Positions 29,250 through 41,239 of a stretch of DNA of 64,000 nt are shown piece after piece. The number at the start of each line of letters is the position of its first letter. Position 1 is the stretch's first letter. The notes beneath the pieces are model-generated. The model was not told the DNA's origin and ran no database searches. It worked only from the letters and a program-made list of their open reading frames with translations. This DNA is from Bigelowiella natans CCMP2755 (Eukaryota > Protista > Cercozoa), in assembly GCA_000320545.1 (NCBI GenBank), contig ADNK01000550.1, positions 165,520-229,519 on the forward strand, read 5' to 3'. The position numbers were made by a program, and so were the translations under genes.

Positions 29250-30740
29250 TTAAATATTTTGCTTTCTTTCTTTATCTGATTTTGTTTTTTCATCATTTTT
29301 ATGCACTTCGACGTCCTTGATAATGACGGAATTATCGTACTCTCTAGCAGCCTCATTATAATAGTAGTTTGTTGTGGTTGCTTCAAAGTTAAGAGCTCTG
29401 GGTAGATCGGAGGCTATTTTCAGCGGCAGCACCCGACAAGAAACAACGGGTTCGTGAAGTGCTGGACATAGGCCAGGAGGCAAGAAACGACCGAATTTTC
29501 TCGAGAATTGCTCCCTCCTTCGCGACTCTTCCTTTGCAGCTTCGTCCAGTTCTTTCTGGAATCGCTGCATTAAGCACTGGTGTTGCTGCATTTGTGTGTG
29601 GCGACGTCGAATTTCTACGCGCATCTCTCCATACGCCGAGTGGAAGTGTCTATACCATGCAACAAGGTTGCTCAATTCAGTAATCATTCCCGACACGGCT
29701 GTAACTCGTCGATCAAAGATAGATACGTTGTTCTCGAACTCCTGAAGCATCACCTTGAGACGTGGCACCTCTACTTCGATTGCAGAATTGAACGTAACAA
29801 CCTTTTCATATGCTTCGCCGTACTGTACAGCGGTACTCTGAATCCGGTGGTGTACGGAGGCGACCTTTTCCTCACACCTTCTGATCGAGTCCTTAACATG
29901 CTTTAGACGTTCGTGGGAAGCGGTGGATTCTCCAACCTTGGCCTCTATATCAGTGAGCTCAGAACTATGATATTCGATGTCCTTAAGAAAACCTCGCTGC
30001 ACGTCTACCTTCTCGTTGAGGAGCTGCTCAGAGGTTTCGGGCACAGTTACTTCCCCCCGAAGGCGCGCTAGCTCCTCTACACTGCTATCCACGGCATTCA
30101 TAAATTTCTTTGTCTCATCGAGGAAGTTGCGGACGATAACGATCTCGTGCGCTGTCTGCTCTTGTAAATTTCGAACAGACTGTGCATCAACAAAGTCGAA
30201 AAGAGTGCGGCCGTCCTGCCCTGCCAGCTCTGGATCAAGCTTTTCCTTCTCTAGGGCATTGAATACTGACTGGAGCTCGTCCGAATAAGGTACTTCTTTC
30301 ATATCAACGAAGTCTCGTCCGATTTTCTGCATGTGCTCATGCATCGCCTGAATGAGAGTAAAGAAATAACAACCGTTAGCAATACAATATGAACATAAAC
30401 ATGTCTACCCGTTCATTCAACCAGAAAAGGAAAAAGAGAAATTTTCAACAAGGGAAATTCCGCACATGGGCGATAGCTCGCTTAATAAATCACTTCTCGT
30501 AATATGACAATCATTCATAAAAACGTATTCCCATGTTGCATACCATCATCCTTCCCTGCAGGTTTTTTGCAACCCCATATTGCAAGTCCAGCTCTTTTTT
30601 AATCACAAGCAGCTTCGTCCTTGCGTTTGATATCTGTTTGACCTTCTTTCTGGTTAGATCTCTCATGCGGAGGCTCCGATTTAAGGGTTCCAAGCTCTGA
30701 GAATGTAAGTTCGAGGGAGGCGACTTGGACGCCATCGTCC
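29250..30740 (-). CDS. ATG17-like autophagy scaffold protein, spliced (5' end uncertain)
   Basis: TLFDFVDAQSVRNL, LSNLVAWYRHFHSAYGEMRVEIRRR and FGRFLPPGLCP match the Atg17/APG17 pattern; an in-frame GT-AG intron at 30348-30543 joins GRMM|AMHEH. Confidence 0.7.
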
Positions 30741-31558
30741 CTGTAACCATTCAATACAGAAAATTGAACATGGTTTCCTTAACATTGCTCCATTCTAGAT
30801 TGAACTCACAACTCCACAATATTCAGGCAAATAATGAAAGAAATGGATATGAAAAATACTTTTCAAGTCCAGTGGATATGAAAAACACTTCCAAGTCCAG
30901 TGGCACTTACGAGCTATCGAACGAAAATTATGGAAGTGTATCCAAACCCGAAATTAGATGGAAATAGTATTTTTTCTCTAAATCCAAAGGATCTAAGAGC
31001 GTACTATATACAACTGAAGGAATTTCAGAAGATGGGAAAGGGCTAAGTGGAAGGAAATCGTGATGTTGGAGTATGCTCACACCCGAATTAGAAGTAGGCT
31101 GACTTTTAGATACAGACTTCGTTTAAGTTGCCAAGAAGATAATCAATCTACAGTCACAAATTGTTTTTGTTTTGAAGACCTCCGGCTTGGCTTCACTGGT
31201 TCCAACTGTTCCAACGTTTCCCGTCCTTGTAGCGCGTACCACTACGCGGGCACAAGTCACGTGCGACAACAAAGGGGTTGTCGCGGATATAGAATATAGA
31301 TAACGTAGATATTAATACAGCATAGGCACGTGGGTTCCGGCGGGACTCATGGCAGCACACCGGAAGTGTGCTGCCCCACGTGCGGCGGCATTCGCGAAAG
31401 CTTCGCGAATGATTACGCAGTGCACGATTTAATAAAAATATAATCTTTAATAAAAATAAACACAACTCTTCAAAAGGAAGCAAACGTGCCTTTCCCCCCC
31501 CCTGCCTACTTGTGCACGTAGCGCCTCGGCCTGTGAACACCTTACGCGCAACAACCTT

Positions 31559-31581
31559 TGGCTTCCACACACGGGAAACGA
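31559..31581 (+). promoter_or_regulatory. Putative primer-binding site of the retrotransposon
   Basis: TGGCTTCCACACACGGGAAACGA, complementary to a tRNA-like 3' end (...TTCCCGTGTGTGGAAG-CCA), 5 nt downstream of the 5' LTR; cognate tRNA not identified. Confidence 0.6.
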
Positions 31582-31592
31582 TTTGACTAACA

Positions 31593-33941
31593 ATGTCACA
31601 GCAGCTAGAAGAACAGCAGGACTTTGGCTCGCAGGCCGTGCAAGGGCACGAGCAGAAACAGGAAAGGAAGGGCGATACGGACGCTAAGGAAGGAGGAGGA
31701 ACACCTCCACAGGCACCGCCGGGACCAGCACCCGGGATTAAGAAAGCAGATGCAGCAGCAGAGGCACTGGAGAACTTCTACGAGGCGGACGACGAGGACG
31801 TGGCCGCCGAAAGCAAGAAGGTCGTAATGGCATTACGAGCCTTGCGACCCAGGGCGAGCAACTACGCCAAACTGAAAGTATCGATAGAATACAAGTATCA
31901 GACACATGATGTTTGGGCAGCTATCATGCAGGACATCATGGATTACGAAGCAGACTTACCTCCAGAGTGGGCAGCTTTGTTTAGGAACGACGGGGGTCTG
32001 GGCGCCTCGCGGGGGACGACCCAGAGCACCGTCAAGCAGCAGCAGCCGGTACAGCGGAACACCCAGTTCATGTCTGTTAAAACAGCACCGGTTATGATAA
32101 CGAAATACAACGGGAAAAGAGGTGAGGCAAGGAGGTGGTGGAAGAACGCTAGGAGTATACTCTGCGACTTTACCCCTAACCCCACCGAAAACGACAAGCT
32201 CAAATGGCTAGCTATAATAAAGCAAGCCATGGACCTTTACGAGACAGGCAGGACCCGGATCAGGCAGCTAGAGAAAATACACACTACAGTTAGTGGGCTA
32301 CGAGACGTTGAGGCGATAATGAAGGCTTTTGTAAATGAACAGGATGCTAACTCCCTACCCCAGGCTATTAGAAAATACAGAGCAATGATGCAGCATGAGA
32401 GAGAACCTGTTAGAGACTTTGCCACGCGCTTCCAGGATATGATCGACGAACTACATGATTTTAATTACAACACAGGTGATGATCAGGCAAGGTTTGAAGA
32501 GTTCAAGTTAAAGATAAAGGAATCCACTTACGTTACGGAGAAAGGCTACACCACGATGGAGGCAGCAGTGCAGGCTATATCCCTACGCGAGCAGGAGCAG
32601 GACCGCAAGTTTACCAGCCCTAAGGTACCTGGCATAGGAAACATTAACGCTATTAAGCCGCAGCGAGACTGGTACAAGGACAGGGAAGGTAACCGACGTT
32701 GCGGATACTGCTCACGTAAAGGGAAACACACCGCTAAAGACTGCAGAGACAGGAAAGAAGGACGACCCAGGATGACGATCAGGCAGCTCAACGAACACTA
32801 CGAGAAGTTAAAGAGAAAGAAAGGCAGAGGACAAGGATATAACAACAGCAAATGGCAAGGCAGCAACAACGGGAAGAACAATAAATATAAGAACAAAAAG
32901 CAGAACAGTATCAATGCTATACAGCAGCAGATAAACGGAATATTAGATCACCTTAAGCAGGCGCCGACGAAGACAGCAGTACCAGCAACGCAGGACCAAG
33001 ACAAGCCCATGACCCTAGACGACATAAAGAACTTAGGAGTATGCAACATTAATGACGAAGACGCTAACAGGACTATCAAAGTTGCTATGACCAAGGTTAA
33101 AGTTAAAGACAGCTACGGAGACTACAAGAAACTACCTGCCCTTTGGGATAGTGGCAGCATGCCGAAGTCCTTCATAAGCCTAAGCACAGTAAGAAGGTTA
33201 GGACTATTGGATCAAGTGACTAAGAAAGAACGTAAATATGCTCAAGCAGACGGAAGCTCTTCCATGAAGACCGTCGGTGAGCTAATGCTAAAGCTACAGA
33301 TACCTGGCAGCGACGCGGAGACCCAAATCAAGACCCGAGTAGCCATGACTTTATCCATGGAACTACTCCTCGGACAGGATGCCCTAGAAAAATTAGGGGG
33401 GATCATATCATTCTACAATCACAAGATATACTTTGCTAAGTTGCCAAAGAAGTCAGGCAGGACCATCAGCCAGAACATGATACGGCTTGACGAGTGGACC
33501 TCTGAGTCAAGCGTTAATGCGTTAGAGTTTATGGACCTAGCGGACAACAAGCTACCTACACCTACCGAGCTACGGAAGAAGAACCCCGGCAAGACCATCC
33601 GACAGATAACGGAGCTACTGGACAAGACCCCCCCAGCTGATGATTGGGATATCGACAAAGGCAAAAAGTACATTAATAAAATATTAAACGAGAAGTACTC
33701 TGACATCACCAAGCCGACGACGAAGCCCTCCAGCAAGCTTACCCCAGTAAAGATCGAGCTAAAGGAGGGATACGAAGAGTGCATCATCAATGACCCAGAA
33801 CATAGGCGACCGGAAGCGGACTGGGAAAAGATAGAGTGGCAGATCAATGAATGGGCAAAGGAAGGGAAGATAGAGCCAAGCAACTCACCATGGAACGTGA
33901 GACATGTGCTAGCCCCTAAACTAAGAATGCAAAGGAGTTAA
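31593..33941 (+). pseudogene. Gag-protease part of copy 2, truncated at the RT deletion
   Basis: 782-aa ORF containing full Gag, the knuckle, the DSG protease and the start of RT; goes out of frame after NVRHVLAP. Confidence 0.9.
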
Positions 33942-34062
33942 AGTCATTCTTGCAGACTGCAGCTTGGATACTACGTAGGTTCTCCCCTACTACGCTAGGA
34001 CTGCAGCTGCTTTTACTACTGCTTACCGGAAGGAGAACTCTGTAGGCCTCAGCTTCGCTAAG

Positions 34063-36012
34063 GTGTGGGCCAAGGCTGGCCTTGATGCCCACTTCGATAA
34101 CCTAATAAAGTTATGCAGCAACACCCTATTGAATGCTAAGCTAGACACTACTAGACCAGCTACCCTATGGACAGACTGGTCTAAGCTAGGTATGGCTGCT
34201 GTACTTACCCAAGACCAGCAGATCATACGGGTGTGGGGCAGGGCCTGCACAGCAGCTGAGGCCAAGTACAGCCCTACAAAAGGAGAGTATAAAGCCATGA
34301 CTGAGGCGCAGAGGAAACTAAGATACTACCTGCTGTCGGTGCCCAGCTTCACCTTAATGACTGACCACAAGCCCCTCCTAGGCATCGACCGCAAGCTCGA
34401 AGCGCCTAACGATGAGTATGCAGCTATGAGGGCGGACACGGAAGAGTTTAGGGACAAGAGGACAGTGGTCTACGCACCAGGAGACAAGCAGCTTGCTGAC
34501 TATTTCAGCAGGCTGTTCGAAAAGAAAGTCCCTACCCAGGTCACCCCTATGGTTAACGCGATTACCTTCGAGGACGGCGACTTCCTGCCTGAGCCAGAGG
34601 AGCTCCAGCACCTTCAAGAACACCTGGATAAATACAAACACAAGCATGAGGTACTTAGTGATAGGATATATGTATACACTAATAATGTTAGGCGTACCTA
34701 CGTGCCACGGCGGACCAGGGGAGCCCTTCTCTTTACCGCCCATGGACCTGCACACGTAGGAGAAAACCATATCACTGCTCTACTCTACCATTACTACTGG
34801 CCCTACAAGCTAAAAGAGATAAGGACATACCTGCGTGGCTGCAGGTGCTCCAGCTTGAAGGCGGCAGGCGTCGCCACCAAGGAGTCCAGCAAGAGCCGTG
34901 CATCTAAGAAAATCAAAGCAAGGAACTTCTTAGATATCGTGCAAATTGATGTTTATAAGTACGATGGCTATCACTACCTTACCTTCGTTGATGTGGCCAC
35001 TGGAAAGTGCTGGGTTAAAAAGATTATCAAGGTCAACGTTGCTAAGAAGAACAAAGGCTTATATAAGCAGAGGCTTACTAACTGCTACCGTACCTGGGAG
35101 TCTGAGCTCCAGGCTATCCCTGATGAAGTTAGCATAAACAAGATACCAAAGAAGTTACATGTGGATAATGAGACCTCTCTTCTACAGCTACCACACCCTA
35201 ATATTGATGCCTCACCTGTATACTATGCCCAGTCCAACTCCAAGGTAGAGCGACTCCACCGCACCTTGGCCAACCTAAGCAGGATAAATAGCACCACACC
35301 AGACAAGATACAAGGGTTAGTAAACGACACCTTCACGTCTGGGGGAGGTATCAAGGATAAGGAGAGGGAAGAAGGCGACGACAACGACGACGATACCGAG
35401 AGCGAAGACGAGAAGGTCCCGTACGATGGCCGAGTTCTAAAGGAAGGACAGTATGTTAGGGCCAAGGTAAATCTGAGATCGAGAAATAAACAAGACCCCT
35501 TCTGGGGTGGCGTTGCAAAGGTTACCGAGAGGAAGGGGAGGAAGCAGTACTACATCTATGATGGGAACAGGGTCACCTTGCGCCACATCAGTCACCTAAA
35601 GAATTATGATATCGGTGAGAAGCTCCTAGAGGATGTTAAAGTAAACCCTACTGTGTGGGAGCGAGCCATGCCTTGTTTAGGACCCCGACCTAAGTTCGAT
35701 GTGGAATATGGAAACAATAAGGTCAGGGTGAACGACGATTGGCGCATGAAGATTGTCTATCTAGGCTACCCTGGATTACGAAATATGGAGAGGGTAGCTA
35801 TGAAAATAAAGGACGGAAAATATCAGCTACTCTACCTAGCTGTTCCCGACTTACCCTTTGAGCACTGGTATAAGGTCCTGGGGGACCTTGATGCAGAGGG
35901 CTGGTATGGACACGAACCTAAGGACGAAGGTGAGTTCTGGGTAAGCGACAAAGGAGATAAGGTTAGAGAGGAATCTATTACCTGGTGGTTGGTGAAGTTC
36001 CGAAAGCGATGA
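34063..36012 (+). pseudogene. RNase H-integrase-C-terminal domain part of copy 2
   Basis: Protein identical to the corresponding parts of copies 1 and 3 in the ORF track. Confidence 0.9.
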
Positions 36013-36020
36013 AGGTCTAA

Positions 36021-36063
36021 GGGAATAAGGAAGGAAGGAAGGAGCAACGTGACTTGGGGGAGG
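36021..36063 (+). promoter_or_regulatory. Polypurine tract region before the 3' LTR
   Basis: GGGAATAAGGAAGGAAGGAAGGAG, followed by GGGGGAGG immediately abutting TGTAGCG. Confidence 0.7.
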
Positions 36064-37112
36064 TGTAGCGCGTACCACTACGCGGGCACAAGTCACGTGC
36101 GACAACAAAGGGGTTGTCGCGGATATAGAATATAGATAACGTAGATATTAATACAGCATAGGCACGTGGGTTCCGGCGGGACTCATGGCAGCACACCGGA
36201 AGTGTGCTGCCCCACGTGCGGCGGCATTCGCGAAAGCTTCGCGAATGATTACGCAGTGCACGATTTAATAAAAATATAATCTTTAATAAAAATAAACACA
36301 ACTCTTCAAAAGGAAGCAAACGTGCCTTTCCCCCCCCCTGCCTACTTGTGCACGTAGCGCCTCGGCCTGTGAACACCTTACGCGCAACATCCTTTGCTAT
36401 GACGTGGTTGGCTGGCTACGACCCAAGAGGCGCCCCATTCGATTGAAATGTAAGTCTGACTGAAGGCTTGATCTCTTGTGAATTTTCGTGAAGTTTCAAT
36501 GCGTAAACCTTTTTGCGACAACGGCTTTCTGGACGAAACACCAGCTAATACTCTGAAAGTGATCTGGGTTCGTGTTCCGAGTTTTTAGTCACAAGTTGTC
36601 CAGTAGTTTTACAGAATTCAGGCGAGTTAATAATCCAGAATGAATTAAAACCTCGTGCGTTTCGAATCGCTTCTCATCTCCCGCGCTTGTACGTACCGCA
36701 ATTGACCACGAGCGCCCTAGATATTGCATGTCGCTGAGAGTGTGCTGTCGTGATTTAACAAAAAGGCTCGTTTGTCTGCTTGATCATTTCTGGTCTTTCT
36801 GACTGGGAAAACATCCTAATTTTAATGACCATTACATCTGTGCATGCAGCATCCCATTAGGCTAGTCATTTTCAGAGAAAAGAGAGGCAGGATCATGTCG
36901 CATATTCAGAAATAACCATCGTTCTTTGATTAAAAGTGAAAACTTGCGAATGTTTGTTTTTAGACCGGAAATGTATGAAAAATGGGTCCTATTTTTGGTT
37001 CTGGATTTTTATTTGAAATAGTTAAATTTTGAATATGCCAGCAGCCCAAGCAGGCTGATTGGCAGTGATGCTACCTGGGGGAGGGGGACATTCGATTGTA
37101 GGTGAAGGAAGA

Positions 37113-38370
37113 ATGATTCTGGCGATTGTACTAATTATTGCGTATTCTCTTGGACCTACGGAAGCCTTCGAGGACAAAGGACAAAGACGCCTTCTCCCAG
37201 GTACGTTTATGGTTTAGGAATGAAAATGACCAAATGTAATGCAACTTCTTCATGTGTTTTTAAAGGGATTAAAGAGGTCCTAAATGTAATCGACTTAAAG
37301 GGGAAATTAACGAGAGTAAAGGATGTCATAGCCCACACAAATATGACTGAAGTTGCGATGCGAGCCAGTAAAATGAAGGACAAAATAGCCAGTACGGACG
37401 TGAGCGATGTTGTCTCTAAAGCAGAAAGTGCAGCGGTACATTTAAAGGGAAAAGTACAGAGTGGTAAAATTAGCGCGACCTTATCGAAAAATATGCGAAA
37501 AGCTGTCGCAGATGCTGAAGGTTCGTTCTTTTTTTCCGACAACTCTGCCAGTAGATGATGTGCGATGACTGTATGTCCCCCCAGGTGTTAGCGATCTCCT
37601 TGGAGAAGCAGTGAACTTAGGAGCAGAATTAGCAAGTGCAAATGTATCGGGTGCCCTTCCACCAAATAAAGAAATTGAAGGTTTGAAACAGATGCAATTT
37701 TCCTCGTGGTTTATGATTTTCGGTACAACAGCATATATTTATAATTTTGTGAACAGGATTTGCAAAGGCAGTAGAGGGATTAAAGAAGCTCGCAGATGAG
37801 AAGGTTAAAAATAAGGATCAGGTTGAGACAGAAGAAGAAGTCGATGAAAATTCGATCACAGACCTAAAAAGCGAAAACAATCCGATCAAAAAGACTATGG
37901 ACTCCTTAGGAGAAGCAATGAAGAACATTAACATTGCGTCAGGTGTGCAATTGTAGCACTGAAACAAAACTATTCCTGCACACATACCCCAGATTGGTTC
38001 CTGTTCCCCCCCCTCTCTTCCCTCCCCCTCTTTATCCTTCCACCATAACATTTCTTCCTTACAGGAGAATTCCCTTCGGGGACAAATACCTCCAAGGAGC
38101 TGCAATCTTCGATGGGGTCCTTGCAGAAGGCGGCGCAAGAGGTGGAGCGTGGAGTGAAGGAAAAAAGGAAGGCTCAGGAAGAAGCAGCCTCTAAGGAGGA
38201 AGAAAGGGAGAGGAAATTACTTGCAGGCCTGACAGAAAAGGCGCAGAACTCTGAGGAATGTCTCCGCATTGGCCGTGCGGCACCGAAGATATACCCGCTT
38301 GTGCTCAGTAAAAGGAAAACAGAATGGAGTCTACCGTTTATGGCAATAGAGGTCGTAGTGCTGATATCAT
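37113..38370 (+). CDS. Probable spliced host gene with an N-terminal signal peptide (exon structure uncertain)
   Basis: First exon MILAIVLIIAYSLGPTEAFEDKGQRRLLP|gtacg; further open segments at 37220-37558 and 38112-38372; may continue into the 39.5-kb repeat exon. Confidence 0.4.
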
Positions 38371-38740
38371 AGCAAAGAATAGTGACTGCTTAATTACGTA
38401 CATCTATATGTGTATGTATTTGTGTGTGTATGTGTGTGTGTGTGTATGAATGTTTGTATGTTGTTGCTACGAAATAAATCAAAAATTGATAATTGCCTAT
38501 GATTTAATTGACAACGATAAGGTTGAGGTTCTACACTTGGTACTCTCTTGTGACTTTGCCGTGCTAATTGTAATCTCTGTTGTATGTGCAGATTGGGAAA
38601 ATGGTCGGAAACGCAAAGGCGATGGGCCAATACGGCGGGCTAAAAGGCATCACATCCAACACTATGCTACGCGACATCCCTGATTGCTGTTTCAACGTTA
38701 CACGAGGAAAGGTTACTAATATTTTAACACCAATAGTCGC

Positions 38741-38774
<34 letters not shown>

Positions 38775-39458
38775 ATGGTAGTAGGTATGCGGGTTTTGGT
38801 CTGGCAAAACGTACATGACAATTGCTCCTCCTCCCCATCTCTCTCTCTCTCTCTCTCTCTCTCCCTCCCTCCCCCACCCCCCCTCTCTCTGCTCTACCTC
38901 TATCTATTTTCTTTTTCTTCTTCTTTTCGAAGGATAATGAACCTTTATTATGTGTGTTGTGGGTATTATATGCGTTATAAACTACATGGTCCATATCTTT
39001 ACTTCTGGCATTTTCACCGTTACTTTGTTTCTTTTCCCGTCATTCTAACCCCCCTCCCCAGTTGTCTCTTCAAATAGTCATCATGATAATCATTATTATG
39101 CCTTCCTGTTGCTTATATTCACCACCATCATTGCCATACAATTTCAGCCTGGGATGCGATATCTCAAATTAGATTCTTTCGCAGAGTGCCTAGAAAGTAG
39201 TAATCTATCTCCCGTACTACGTGTTACTTGTGTGAGTAAGAAAGTGAATGAAGGAGAAGAATGTATGAAATATGACGATGAGAAGACAAGAAGATATGTG
39301 TGGTATGTATGTATGCATATTGACTGAGGCACTTTCCATCTCTTGCTCGTTCTTCCGATATTCTTTAAATCTCTCTCCCCCCCCCCCCCTCTCTCTAACA
39401 TCTTCCACCATCTACCCCTCTACCTCAACTATCGCCATGGTGGGTAGGTCTAAATCGT

Positions 39459-40352
39459 GTGTGGCTTGATACAATCACGTTGGCCCCCACGGCTGCAGAA
39501 AGGACCGAAGAACCCACTGCCAGAGAAACAGAAGTGCCTACCCAGTCACCTGTGTCTCTACCGACAATCGCCCCAACCACAATCTCGACTGAGGAGGAGA
39601 AGGAGGAGGAGGACGGAGAAGCGTCAGCACCAACAGCCTCTCCTACCACAAGCATCACTGAGGAGGAGAAGGGGGAGGAGGACGGAGAAGCGTCAGCACC
39701 AGCAGCCTCTCCTACCACAAGCACCACTGAGGAGAAGGAGGAGGAGGACGGAGAAGCGTCAGCACCAGCAGCCTCTCCTACCACAAGCACCACTGAGGAG
39801 AAGGAGGCGGAGGACGGAGAAGCGTCAGCATCAGCAGCCTCTCCTACCACAAGCACCACTGAGGAGAAGGAGGAGGAGGACGGAGAAGCGTCAGCACCAG
39901 CAGCCTCTCCTACCACAAGCATCACTGAGGAGGAGAAGGAGGAGGAGGAAGGAAAATCAATAGACACACGACCGACAGCCTCTCCAAAACGCACAGGTAG
40001 TATCATCAAGGAAAGTAAGGGGGGGAAGCAGCAGGGCGTTGTGGTGGGTGTTCCAGAGCGACAAGAAGGCATAGAAGAAGAAACTATTGGCACTCCAATA
40101 ACTGCTGAAGGGCTATTAAACTCAACGAAGAATATGATTCCACCTGCGATGACCACGTCCGAAACCTCCACCGTCAATGAGCAGCCAAATACCGCATGTG
40201 TCTCCTGTCCTCCGGCCTGCAAGAAGCTCATGGGATCTCAAGGCGAGGAGATGGAAGCCAGCGGAAGTCAAAATCAATATCCGGACAACACAGGTAATAA
40301 TCTTGAATGTGCTTTACGTTTGAGAGATTTAGTTGATTCTTGTTATTGCTAG
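39459..40352 (+). CDS. Mucin-like Thr/Glu/Pro/Ala-rich exon
   Basis: 297-codon ORF with (TEEEKEEEDGEASAPAASPTTS)n repeats and a Cys pair (CVSCPPAC). Confidence 0.7.
   Translation: MWLDTITLAPTAAERTEEPTARETEVPTQSPVSLPTIAPTTISTEEEKEEEDGEASAPTASPTTSITEEEKGEEDGEASAPAASPTTSTTEEKEEEDGEASAPAASPTTSTTEEKEAEDGEASASAASPTTSTTEEKEEEDGEASAPAASPTTSITEEEKEEEEGKSIDTRPTASPKRTGSIIKESKGGKQQGVVVGVPERQEGIEEETIGTPITAEGLLNSTKNMIPPAMTTSETSTVNEQPNTACVSCPPACKKLMGSQGEEMEASGSQNQYPDNTGNNLECALRLRDLVDSCYC
39588..39955 (+). repeat. Coding tandem repeat, five units of 66-69 bp plus a partial unit
   Basis: Units start at 39588, 39657, 39726, 39792, 39858 and 39924. Confidence 0.9.
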
Positions 40353-41239
40353 GCTTTCCTTATGATGAGACCAAGAGGACACCAAACGGACTACACCCAG
40401 TATGTACATTGCGCGATTATTCCGTCTTTTAATTGGTGTGCGAATGCGGTAACTAAAACGTAGTCTTCATACATACTTAGGACGAAATTGATGCCGCTAC
40501 AAGTCAGCAAAGTTGTTGTTGCTGCAATTCTAGCTGCTGACATTTGTGAACGGGCCGGAGCAGCCACGTAAATGTATTTCTTCATACAAATTAGTCACTG
40601 AGAAACAGGCGTCATATGTTTCATTGCACTTGTCACTGGCGTGAATCGAATGCGCGTGCTCGATCGTGGTGCGGCAGCCCGCTATGAGCTAATGATAACT
40701 GACATTGATGCACTAGCTATACGTGATCAAACAGCGCTATTGAAATGGTGTTACGTCGAATTGTTATTGTGTACATGCAAGGACTTATTTTTAAAACAAC
40801 ATGGGCTGCTCGATCGACACCATAGACGCTGTAAGACGGATGTAATGGAGTGGTTAAATCTTTATTTCAATGGCCATCCTGATGTAGCTGTGTTGTGCAA
40901 AGCAGCGACTGCAGCGCTAATGTTGAGTCTGTTTGTCTCCGCTATCACGTTGTGCTGTGACATAGTATATCTAACTATGTGATATACGACGTGTGTCTAT
41001 TGTAGTTGTGATAATCACATCGACACAGTGAACGTTGAAGAAATGAACGTTTGATAGAATTCACCCGCCAGCATGCACCACATACGGCTACACGCATATT
41101 GCATTATTGAAGCGCAGCTGCGACACGATGGATCTCAACATTATAGCTCGCATCAAATGCGACAACCGAATGACATCAGCATGTTAACACCGAATGATTC
41201 CTAATGCGTACAGATCTCGCATTGATTGTAGTACTTTTG

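Larger units (their letters stand above)
31228..36389 (+). mobile_element. Ty3/Gypsy LTR retrotransposon copy 2 (RT core deleted)
   Basis: LTRs at 31228-31553 and 36064-36389; TSD TCCT (31224-31227 and 36390-36393); 552-bp deletion at ~33912 plus two 1-bp deletions (5716-552-2=5162 bp). Confidence 0.95.

Noticed and set aside
35400-36009. Chromodomain at the integrase C-terminus (chromovirus)
   Set aside because: No Y.V..I/YLVKW.G.....TWEP pattern; the region fits a Dam-like pattern better.
39588-39955. Regular repeat array resembling CRISPR
   Set aside because: No unique spacers; units are in-frame coding repeats in a eukaryotic exon.
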